Assembly (NCBI GenBank): GCA_965218795.1
Contig: OZ244653.1
Coordinates: forward strand, 1,376,001-1,440,000
DNA: 64,000 nt
Source of the DNA: a bacterium
GTDB taxonomy: Bacteria > UBA8248 > JACPRG01 > G963555815
Direction: 5' to 3'
Position 1 is the first letter of the stretch; each line of letters starts with the position of its first letter. The notes beneath the pieces are model-generated. The model did not search any database and was not told where the DNA came from. It saw only the letters and a program-made list of their open reading frames with translations. Both the position numbers and the translations under genes were made by a program. Positions 29,992-38,350 of the stretch are shown piece after piece.

Positions 29992-30451
29992 TCCGGCTTA
30001 TCCAATACCGTTCGTGGAAACCCGACGGCCGTCCCTGCCCGCTAGATTCGAGAGTCTTGTCAGATATCCATTCGCATCTTCATCGCCGGACAGGAGGCGC
30101 AGAAACTGCAACCTCATTCCGAATTGGCGCGAGCATCGGTTCACCCTGGGATGGATTTCGTGTGCACGGGGAGACTCAAACGTCCATGCAGCGTCCGGCT
30201 CAGTCTAGCAAATACCCGGATGAGAATGCCACCGGCCTGTGGGCGGACTCAGGAAAAGCGTGGCGGCCCAACCGCGTAGTGCGAAAATACACGTGACTTT
30301 GGGCGGGTCATGAGGGGATGAGCCTGTGCAGGCATCCAGTTTGGAAATGGTTCTCTATTTGGCGGCTTATGGAGTCCCTTCGATTGTCACGAACCGCTTG
30401 CTCTGAAGTGCGGAGCATCGGTCTTACGAGGTCGTTGGTCCGGCCCGCCCT

Positions 30452-31648
30452 TCAATCCTGGCGCAGGGATAACCGAATGGTTTCCTTCGCCGTGTTCCGC
30501 CCAAACCAGCCGCAGGGATGAAGAGGGCCGGAGGACGACTCGGCCTTGATTCGCACCGGACCCCGACGAGGGAGGGGTTTTTGTTCTGCCTCCCGATCCC
30601 GTATCTTGAGGGTTTTGGCTGCGGGGCGGCCCGCCTGAAGCGCTCGGCTCAGCCGCTCTTTCAGGTCATCTGCACGCCGGGCCGTCCTTTCCCAGGAAAC
30701 CTGGAGCAGGCGAATGCGATTCAAGGGGACGCGGCCGGCGGGGGGCTCCACATCCGCGCGCGCGGCATAGAAGCCATCCGCGGCGAAGATCCGCTGAGCG
30801 TCCAGGGAGAGGAGATAGTTCAGGAACAGAGCGCCCGCATTCGGATGCGGCGAACCGGTCAGCAGCGCGGTCCCGGCCGGTATGGCCGGTATCCCTTCTT
30901 CGGGGATAACGGGAGCCACCGGACGGCCGGCCCGCCTGGCCCGCCACACGTCCTCCCCCGACAAACCGCCCGAGAAGACCGCCCCGCCCGCAAGCAGCCG
31001 CATGGCTGCGTCTCCATAAGGAACCACGGCCGCGTTCTTTCCAATCGCCTCCATATACTCCCACCCGTAAAGTCTGGCCAAAGACGCGCCCCAATAGAAG
31101 GCCGGCCCGCCCGCGGAAGGATCCGGGACGATCAGCCGATGCCGGAACCGGGTGTCCCTCAAATCCTGCCAGCGGATAGGCGGCTTGCCCTTCGGTCCCT
31201 TGTCCGTCCGGTAGGCCATGACGGCGGTCTCGACGTAAGGGGCCACCCAGGCCGCATCCGAATCCGCCAGCCAGGGGGATACGCGAAGCCGGTTTGGGAT
31301 CTCGGCCGGCCGAAGCAGCCCGACGCCTTTGAGCTCGACGAGAACCCCGGGGTCGGTTGATTGAAATACGTCAGGCCGCGGCTGTCCCGGCTCCGCGCTC
31401 AGGAGCTTCGCCCGCAGTTCTGCATCCGTCCCGTACGTCGGCTCCACGCGGATCGAGATTTTTCCCTGGAAATCCTGGATGATTTTCTCCGCCGTCTCTT
31501 TTCGAAGGGAGGTGTGCCAAATCACCACCCCCTCCGCCTGCCCGAGCTTTGCGTCCGGTGCCTTCGGGAGACGAACCAGTGGACCGGCAGGCGCGCAACA
31601 ACCCGCCAGGGAGAGGAACAACAAGGGGATCAACCAACGGGAAGGCAT
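30452..31648 (-). CDS. ABC transporter substrate-binding lipoprotein (Fe3+/polyamine-like, class II)
   Basis: Lipobox LAGC; PDVF, PxxWxDL, PDP, PEEG, SPHPNAG.LFLNYLLS. Confidence 0.8.
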   Translation of the reverse strand: MPSRWLIPLLFLSLAGCCAPAGPLVRLPKAPDAKLGQAEGVVIWHTSLRKETAEKIIQDFQGKISIRVEPTYGTDAELRAKLLSAEPGQPRPDVFQSTDPGVLVELKGVGLLRPAEIPNRLRVSPWLADSDAAWVAPYVETAVMAYRTDKGPKGKPPIRWQDLRDTRFRHRLIVPDPSAGGPAFYWGASLARLYGWEYMEAIGKNAAVVPYGDAAMRLLAGGAVFSGGLSGEDVWRARRAGRPVAPVIPEEGIPAIPAGTALLTGSPHPNAGALFLNYLLSLDAQRIFAADGFYAARADVEPPAGRVPLNRIRLLQVSWERTARRADDLKERLSRALQAGRPAAKTLKIRDREAEQKPLPRRGPVRIKAESSSGPLHPCGWFGRNTAKETIRLSLRQD

Positions 31649-32015
31649 GGCGAGATCAGAGTCTCCATTCCGGGTCGACAAAAGGTCTTCGTCTCATTTT
31701 CAAGAAATGAATTGCCATTTCAGAAAATCCGGGCCGGCGCGTTTCAAACCGTCCGGCGTAAAATTTCTGAAGAGTATTCAGTTTATCCTCCTCCAACCGA
31801 TTTCGCTAACAAGTTTTGCATGCTGATGTCGAGTATGGGGATCCACCGGCAACCTGGAAATCGCTGGACCAGTCCCGCCTCAGCCGGACATTTTCCATCT
31901 CGGCGCGACCGAAGCCGGGAACGCTCAGGACACCCGAGCAAATCTATCGTGATCTCTCGCCCCGCGTCGTCTTGATCGAGAAAAAGCAGGACCCGCCTGG
32001 AGCGGCTGCCGGCCA

Positions 32016-32534
32016 TCACGCCGGCCGGCGAAGCGAATAGACCCAAAGACTCTGAGTGATGGAATGCGCCTCCCGCTCGAATCGCATCCCGATTTTTTCG
32101 GCGACGCGATGGGAGGCCGTATTCTCCGGGTGAAGCAAAGAAACCATCCGCTTGAAACCGCAATGCCCGAACCCGAAATCCCGAAGGGCGGAAGCCGTCT
32201 CGGTCGCGATTCCCTGCCCCCATAAAGACCGCCGGAGGACGCAACTCAGTTCGGTCTCCTGCACTCCGTCCCATTCCCATTTGGCGAAGCCGCACCGGCC
32301 GATCAGGATCCCGTCTTCCTTATGGATCACACCCAGCATGCCGTGGCCCTGCCGGGTGTAGGCCTTCATCCAAAACTCGAGTTCCCGCCGGCTCCGATCG
32401 AGCGACCCCTCGTCAAATCCCAGAAAGCGCGTCACTTCCGGATCCGAATAGATCGACGCGAAGGGTTCCACGTCCCCCTCCCGGAACGGGCGAAGGATCG
32501 TGCGTTCGGTTTCGATTTCGCCGTGACGGGACAT
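32016..32534 (-). CDS. GNAT acetyltransferase (RimJ/RimL type)
   Basis: ETERTILRP, WGQGIATE, N.AS.RVAEKIG. Confidence 0.9.
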   Translation of the reverse strand: MSRHGEIETERTILRPFREGDVEPFASIYSDPEVTRFLGFDEGSLDRSRRELEFWMKAYTRQGHGMLGVIHKEDGILIGRCGFAKWEWDGVQETELSCVLRRSLWGQGIATETASALRDFGFGHCGFKRMVSLLHPENTASHRVAEKIGMRFEREAHSITQSLWVYSLRRPA

Positions 32535-32800
32535 CCCCCTCTCCGATATCGGCGCAACGGTCTTTTTTAACTGAAAGTCCGGCCCGCCCCACCCCAATCC
32601 GGACTCCTGCCGTTGCAATCGATTTCATCCAACCCGACATCCTGGATGGAAACACCCTATGTTATACTTCGGTGAACGACACGTCACATCCCGTCGAAAA
32701 CCATGCCGATTTTGGGTTCGTCGTTTCTTTCCCATCCCCAGGGCCATATTCTGGTCTTCGACGGCAGTACGGTCGAGGGGTGAAGAGGACAAGCCTGCCC

Positions 32801-33670
32801 ATGGAAATTCAGAGCGTTGCAGTGATCGGCGCGGGCATCATGGGCAACGGAATCGCCCAGGTCGCAGCTCTGGGAGGGTTCGAAACCCGCCTGATGGACG
32901 CCGACGATTCCGCCCTTCATCAGGGCCTCGCCAGCATCAAACGGAACCTTGAAAAGGGCGTCGAGCGCGGCAAGGTCGAATCCGCTGGGATGGAAGCGGC
33001 GCTCGGTCGGGTGTCCTGCACGCTCAATCTGGAAAAGGCGGCGGACGGAGTCGATCTGGTCATCGAAGCCATCGTCGAGGACATGCCCGAGAAGCTCGAC
33101 CTGTTCGGCCGGCTGGACAGGATGACGCCCCCTCACGCCATCCTGGCCACCAACACCTCGGCCCTCAGCGTGACCGAAATGGCCGGCGGGACGTCCCGTC
33201 CCGAACAGGTCTTGGGCATGCACTTCTTCAACCCACCACACCTGATGAAGCTGGTCGAGATCGTCCGAGGTCTTGAGACCTCCGATGAAACGGTTCGTGT
33301 CGCGGAAGCCGTCTCGCATCAAATGGCCAAGGAGACCGTACTGGTCAATGAATCGCCCGGCTTTGTCACATCACGGGTGAACGCGCTTTTGGGCAACGAG
33401 GCGTTCCGGATGCTGCAGGAAGGGGTTGCCACTCCGGAAGACATTGACAAGGCCGTCCGCCTCGGGCTGAACTACCCGATGGGCCCGCTCGAAATGGCCG
33501 ATATGGTGGGACTGGATACGCGGCTCCAGGTCCTCGAGCATCTTTGCCGGACCCTCGGAGAACGTTTTCGCCCTACACCAATCCATCTGAAGCACGTCAG
33601 CGCCGGGCGATTGGGCCGCAAAACCGGAAAAGGGATTTACGAATACGACGAACAGGGTAAGCGGAAGTAA
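32801..33670 (+). CDS. 3-hydroxyacyl-CoA dehydrogenase
   Basis: GAGIMG, EAIVE, NTS, GMHFFNPP, YPMGP, G.KTGKG.Y. Confidence 0.95.
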   Translation: MEIQSVAVIGAGIMGNGIAQVAALGGFETRLMDADDSALHQGLASIKRNLEKGVERGKVESAGMEAALGRVSCTLNLEKAADGVDLVIEAIVEDMPEKLDLFGRLDRMTPPHAILATNTSALSVTEMAGGTSRPEQVLGMHFFNPPHLMKLVEIVRGLETSDETVRVAEAVSHQMAKETVLVNESPGFVTSRVNALLGNEAFRMLQEGVATPEDIDKAVRLGLNYPMGPLEMADMVGLDTRLQVLEHLCRTLGERFRPTPIHLKHVSAGRLGRKTGKGIYEYDEQGKRK

Positions 33671-33720
33671 TCCCTCGCCCCGCAGGGCGGTTCCCATCCC
33701 AAGGCGTCTCATTTCCAACA

Positions 33721-33758
33721 AAAAGGGGTGAGCACGCCATTCCGCGCCCACCCCTTTC
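33721..33758. terminator. Hairpin between convergent genes (likely bidirectional terminator)
   Basis: AAAGGGGTG...CACCCCTTT inverted repeat. Confidence 0.55.
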
Positions 33759-33776
33759 GGGAAACTCAAACCAGAA

Positions 33777-34583
33777 TCAAATGCCTTTGAATTTGGGCGT
33801 TCTCTTCTCTAGAAACGCGCTGACGCCTTCCCGGGCATCCTGGCTCTGGAACAGTTGAAGCTGAAGCTCGCGTTCGAGCGCAAGACCGTCACTGAGGGAC
33901 GTCTCGACGCCGGTCTGAATCGCCCGCTTCATATTCCCAATGGCCCGGACGGCCGTTCCGGGAAGGACAAATCTCCGGGCATAATCCATCACCCTGTCCA
34001 TGAACCCGTCGGCCTTCATCACCTCATTGACCAGACCAATCGATTCCCCCTCTTCAAAGGAAATCGTCTGCCCTTTGACCATGAGCTCCAGGGCCCGGGC
34101 TTTCCCGATGAGCCGGGGCAGCCGCTGGGTCCCGCCGGAACCTGGCAGCACGCCGAGCTTGGCTTCGGGAAGGCCGATGACCCCGCCTCCTTTCTTGGCG
34201 AGACGTATGTCGCACGCCATGGCGATCTCCAGGCCCCCGCCCACCGTGTGTCCATTCAGGGCCGCGATGAACAGCTTGGGGGTGTTTTCCATTCGCGCCA
34301 GAGTTTCGTGGATATGCAGGCAGAAATAGTACAACCGGTCGGATGAGTATTCGTACAGAAGCTTGACGTCCGCGCCCGAGCAGAAAAACTTTTCTCCCGC
34401 GCCCCGAAGCACCACGATGTGGATGGACTCGTCGAATCGCACGCGCAGGATGGCCTCGTCCAGCTGATGCATCATGTCATAGCTGAAGGTATTCGCCGGC
34501 GGATTGTTGAACTCGATAATGGCAACCCCGTCCTCTTCCTTTTGAAGCGACACCAACTCGCCCGCACCCGCTCTCGGTTCCAT
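33777..34583 (-). CDS. Enoyl-CoA hydratase/isomerase
   Basis: FCSGAD, GGGLE, LPE..LG.LPG.GGTQRL. Confidence 0.93.
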   Translation of the reverse strand: MEPRAGAGELVSLQKEEDGVAIIEFNNPPANTFSYDMMHQLDEAILRVRFDESIHIVVLRGAGEKFFCSGADVKLLYEYSSDRLYYFCLHIHETLARMENTPKLFIAALNGHTVGGGLEIAMACDIRLAKKGGGVIGLPEAKLGVLPGSGGTQRLPRLIGKARALELMVKGQTISFEEGESIGLVNEVMKADGFMDRVMDYARRFVLPGTAVRAIGNMKRAIQTGVETSLSDGLALERELQLQLFQSQDAREGVSAFLEKRTPKFKGI

Positions 34584-34905
34584 TGCTTTTCTCCAAAATC
34601 AGTTCGCCCTTGTTCCGGCGCGCATCACAAAATCAGTCCAGCGGTCCCCTTCACGCGGAAACGCGGTCCGAGGAGCGCAGTCTGACCATTCAACCGGGGA
34701 AAATGGGGAAATGTCCGTCGATTTCGGAAGACCCGACCCCTTGTCGACGTACAATCCCTCCAGAATATCCGCCACTATTTTTTTTGAGGGCTAACAACCT
34801 ATTTCACAGGCGGGAATTCGTCAAGCGCAATCTCGGCTACGCGAGATCCGGTTTGATGGAAAACGATAGCGCGTGAATTTCATTCGCGGAAAACAGCGTC
34901 GAGCC

Positions 34906-34936
34906 AAAAAAAGCGGGCGTCATAACCGACGCCCGC
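34906..34936 (-). terminator. Rho-independent terminator
   Basis: GCGGGCGTC-6 nt-GACGCCCGC followed by T7 on the minus strand. Confidence 0.85.
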
Positions 34937-34970
34937 CCTCTGATATCCGATTGAGAGAATCTTGCGGTTT

Positions 34971-35774
34971 TCAGTCCCCGGAGAAAAGCGGCTTGCGTTT
35001 TTCCGAATAGGCCGCAATGCCTTCCTTGGCGTCGTCGCTCTGGAAAAGGAGCTGCTGAAGCTCGCGCTCGATCGCCAGCCCGTCCCCGAAAGAAGCTTCC
35101 AGGCCGGACTGAACGGACCGCTTGATGTGTCCCACCGCCTTGGCCGCTTTGTTGGGCGGAACAAACTGCTCGGCGTACTCACTGACCTTATCCATGAAAT
35201 CATCTTCATCGAGGATCAGATTGACCAGGCCGATCTCCTGCGCCTCTTCGAAATCAAAGTTCCGGCCCGTCACCATGAGCTCGATGGCTTTGGTCTTGCC
35301 GACAATCCGCGGGAGACGCTGGGTTCCCCCGGTGCCGGGGAGCACACCCAGTCCCACTTCGGGCAGGCCGATCTTTCCGCCGCCCCTCTTGGCGATTCGA
35401 ATATCCGCCGCCATCGCGACCTCCAGGCCTCCGCCGACGGTATGCCCGTTGAGCGCAGCGATGACGAGCTTCGGGGTCTGCTCGAGCCGGTTCAGGGTCT
35501 CATTGGCATGCAGGCAGAAATAGTATTTGAACTTGGGAGTCACGTTGTTGAGCATGTTGATGTTGGCGCCCGCCGAGAAGAATTTGTCTCCTTCCCCGCG
35601 GAGGACGATGACGTGGATGTCATCGTCAAAGCGCGTATCCAGAACGGCGTCGTCCAACTGACGCATCATTTCATGCGTATAGGTGTTGGCCGGAGGGTCG
35701 TTCAGCGTAATGTAGGCGACTCCGTTTTCCTTCTCGAGCTCCACCAGACTTTGGGCGACTGCTTTGTCCTGCAT
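34971..35774 (-). CDS. Enoyl-CoA hydratase/isomerase (close paralog of the preceding gene)
   Basis: RBS AGGAG; FFSAGA, YFCLH, GGGLE, LPEV.LG.LPG.GGTQRL. Confidence 0.93.
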   Translation of the reverse strand: MQDKAVAQSLVELEKENGVAYITLNDPPANTYTHEMMRQLDDAVLDTRFDDDIHVIVLRGEGDKFFSAGANINMLNNVTPKFKYYFCLHANETLNRLEQTPKLVIAALNGHTVGGGLEVAMAADIRIAKRGGGKIGLPEVGLGVLPGTGGTQRLPRIVGKTKAIELMVTGRNFDFEEAQEIGLVNLILDEDDFMDKVSEYAEQFVPPNKAAKAVGHIKRSVQSGLEASFGDGLAIERELQQLLFQSDDAKEGIAAYSEKRKPLFSGD

Positions 35775-35858
35775 TGTCCATCTCCTGGCCAAAAATCATG
35801 CTTGAGGCCCCGCAGACCCGGAAAGCATGAAAGTTACGATATACTCCGATTACTGAAT

Positions 35859-35890
35859 ATGACGTTTTTTACATATTAAACCATTTACAC
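35859..35890. promoter_or_regulatory. PadR-type operator (tandem) overlapping a minus-strand -10 (TAATAT)
   Basis: ATGA-CGTTTTTT-ACAT-ATTAAACCATTTACAC, nearly identical to 46663-46694. Confidence 0.65.
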
Positions 35891-36052
35891 CTCAAAACCA
35901 AATCTTTTTTCTTTTATCAACCGGTCAGCAGTAGACAAGTAGACGAAGATCCCATGAATGTAAGACGTTGCAATTGCCTGAAGGGATGCGGTATAGGAAT
36001 TTCAGGGGAGCCGGTCCGCCAAACGGCGCATCCTCTGAATGGGAGGCACACC

Positions 36053-37621
36053 ATGCTCGACCACGAGAATGTCGCGGCATCCATCCCGGACACTTATAAC
36101 GCCTCGACCACCTTTCTCGACGAGAACCTGGCAGCGGGCCGCGGCGAGGATACCGCCATCCTCTATGAGGGACAGACCTACACGTATGCGCAAACCCTGG
36201 AGATGACGAATCGCCTGGGCAATGCCCTGCTGTCCCTGGGTCTTCAACGGGAACAGCGCGTCCTCCTGCTTCTTCTGGATTCGCCGGAGTTCGTCGCTTC
36301 CTTTTTCGGGGGGATGCGCATCGGATCTGTGCCGATTCCCACCAACACCCTTCTGAAGCCCGCTGATTACCTTTATCTGATCAATGACTCCCGCGCGCGT
36401 ATTCTGATCGCCCATGAACCGTTGGCGGAACAAATCCGGGAGATACGGTCCGACCTGAGATTTCTCGAGCGCATGATTGTGGTAGGGGAGCCCCGGGACG
36501 ATGAGATCGGGTACCACGATCTGGTGGACGGCCAATCGGCCGAACTTCAGCCCGCCGAGACCCACAAGGACGAGATCGCCTTCTGGCTCTACAGCTCGGG
36601 TTCGACGGGATTTCCGAAAGGCGCCGTCCACCTCCACCACGACATGATCTTCTGTTCTGACCTCTACGCCCGGAACGTCCTCGATATCCAGGCAGACGAC
36701 CGGACGTTTTCCGTCGCCAAGCTTTTCTTCGCCTACGGGTTGGGAAACAACCTCTACTTCCCCTTCCGCGTGGGGGGGTCCGCTGTGTTCCATCCGCATG
36801 CCCCGAAGCCGGAGGAGATGTTCCGGGTCATCGACCGGGACAAGCCGACCCTCTTCTACTGCGTGCCGACGATGTACGCGGCCATGCTTCAGATCAAGGA
36901 TGCCGAGGATCGCTACGACCTCAGTTCCCTGCGGCTTTGCGTTTCCGCCGGCGAATCGCTGCCCGCGGAGCTTTTCAATCAGTGGAAAGAGCGATTCGGC
37001 GTCGAGATCCTCGACGGGATCGGCTCAACCGAGATGCTCCACATCTATCTCACGAACTGGGCCGGAAAGGTCGTCCCCGGGAGCAGCGGCACGGCCGTGC
37101 CGGGTTACGAGGTGAAGACCGTCGACGACGACGGCCGGCCGGTGCCCGACGGGGAGATCGGCAACCTTTGGGTGAAAGGCGACAGCTCCTCACCCTTCTA
37201 CTGGAACAAGCACGAGCAGACCAAATTCGCCATGCGGGGCGAGTGGTTCGTTTCGGGCGACAAATACAGGCGGGACGAAGCGGGCGATTACTGGTACAGC
37301 GGGCGCTCGGACGACATGCTCAAGGCAGGCGGTATCTGGGTCTCACCGGTCGAGGTGGAGAACACGCTCATCGAGCACCCAGCCGTCCTCGAAGCCGGGG
37401 TTGTGGGCCGGGATGACGATGACGGCCTGGTGAAACCCAAGGCGTTCGTCGTCCTGGCGGAAGGTCATGAGGGCTCGGACGCATTGGCGGAAGATCTCAC
37501 GGATTTCGTGCGGGAGAAGATCGCCGCCTATAAGCGACCAAGATGGTACGAGTTCATCGACAGCCTTCCTAAAACGGCCACTGGGAAGATCCAGCGCTTC
37601 AAGCTGCGGGAGAGAGGTTGA
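36053..37621 (+). CDS. Benzoate-CoA ligase family protein
   Basis: RBS GGGAGG; FWLYSSGSTGFPKG, AKLFFAYGLGN, SAGE.LP, DGIGSTEMLHI, LPKTATGKIQRF. Confidence 0.93.
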   Translation: MLDHENVAASIPDTYNASTTFLDENLAAGRGEDTAILYEGQTYTYAQTLEMTNRLGNALLSLGLQREQRVLLLLLDSPEFVASFFGGMRIGSVPIPTNTLLKPADYLYLINDSRARILIAHEPLAEQIREIRSDLRFLERMIVVGEPRDDEIGYHDLVDGQSAELQPAETHKDEIAFWLYSSGSTGFPKGAVHLHHDMIFCSDLYARNVLDIQADDRTFSVAKLFFAYGLGNNLYFPFRVGGSAVFHPHAPKPEEMFRVIDRDKPTLFYCVPTMYAAMLQIKDAEDRYDLSSLRLCVSAGESLPAELFNQWKERFGVEILDGIGSTEMLHIYLTNWAGKVVPGSSGTAVPGYEVKTVDDDGRPVPDGEIGNLWVKGDSSSPFYWNKHEQTKFAMRGEWFVSGDKYRRDEAGDYWYSGRSDDMLKAGGIWVSPVEVENTLIEHPAVLEAGVVGRDDDDGLVKPKAFVVLAEGHEGSDALAEDLTDFVREKIAAYKRPRWYEFIDSLPKTATGKIQRFKLRERG

Positions 37622-37951
37622 TAGGCGGGATCCGGAAATCTCCGTAAGCTGGGCGCCTGGCGCGCCAAGTTTACCGGAGCGCCACCGGCGGCTTGTCGCC
37701 CATTTACGAGCACAGGTCGTTCATTAGACTTCCGATATCTTCGCGGGAGACACCGGCGGGACGGATACGTGTATGACCAGGCTTCTTTCCTCACAGGTTG
37801 GATAAACTTCCTGACCGTGACGATGGGTCGGCCGCCCATGTTGCGGCCGCCCTGTGAGGACGCTCGCTGTCGTAGAACTCGACGAGGCGTCTTGGCGAGG
37901 CGTCTTCAGGTACGCGCTCAGGTCCTTCTCTCGCGGCCCGTCCCGTGTTTC

Positions 37952-38060
37952 CTGGATCCCCGCTGCAGCCTGTCCTCGAATGTCTTCATCGAGGGCGGGA
38001 ATGGCCGGGTTGGAGGTCATGCGGCCCATGTTCGTCATTCCCGCGGAAGCGGGAATCCAG
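37952..38060. repeat. Composite dRS3/REP-like palindrome, copy 1
   Basis: CTGGATCCCCGC[..GCCTGTCCTCGA-N9-TCGAGG]GCGGGAATGGC-spacer-GTCATTCCCGCGGAAGCGGGAATCCAG. Confidence 0.8.
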
Positions 38061-38350
38061 GCGGGGTGTTGAGAACCAGAAGCCGCCGGCTGATGGACGG
38101 CGCGCCGGCGTTGACGCCTGACGCCGACGGCCAACGAAGGCCTCTGGAGCAGGAAGTCCATCCGAAGCTGCCCGCAATGGCGCTCGCCGCCGCGAAACCC
38201 CCTCCGAGGCGTACCTTGTCGATTGGACGGGAATGGGGATAAAGTAAGGGAGAGTGTTGGCAGTAAAGGAAGATACGGCAACCAGGCAGAATTCACGTGA
38301 GATATTCAAAATGATTGTTCGTCCGCCACAGTCTTGTCTGCGCTTGATGA

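Noticed and set aside
31816-32040. 74-aa ORF containing PEQIYRDLSPRVVLIE (resembles the start of a trypsin-like protease domain)
   Set aside because: Too short, no catalytic motifs, and it overlaps the GNAT 3' end; at most a remnant
37840-37920. Minus-strand peptide RRLVEFYDSERPH resembling a transposase C-terminus
   Set aside because: A single short motif without IRs or DDE core; insufficient support
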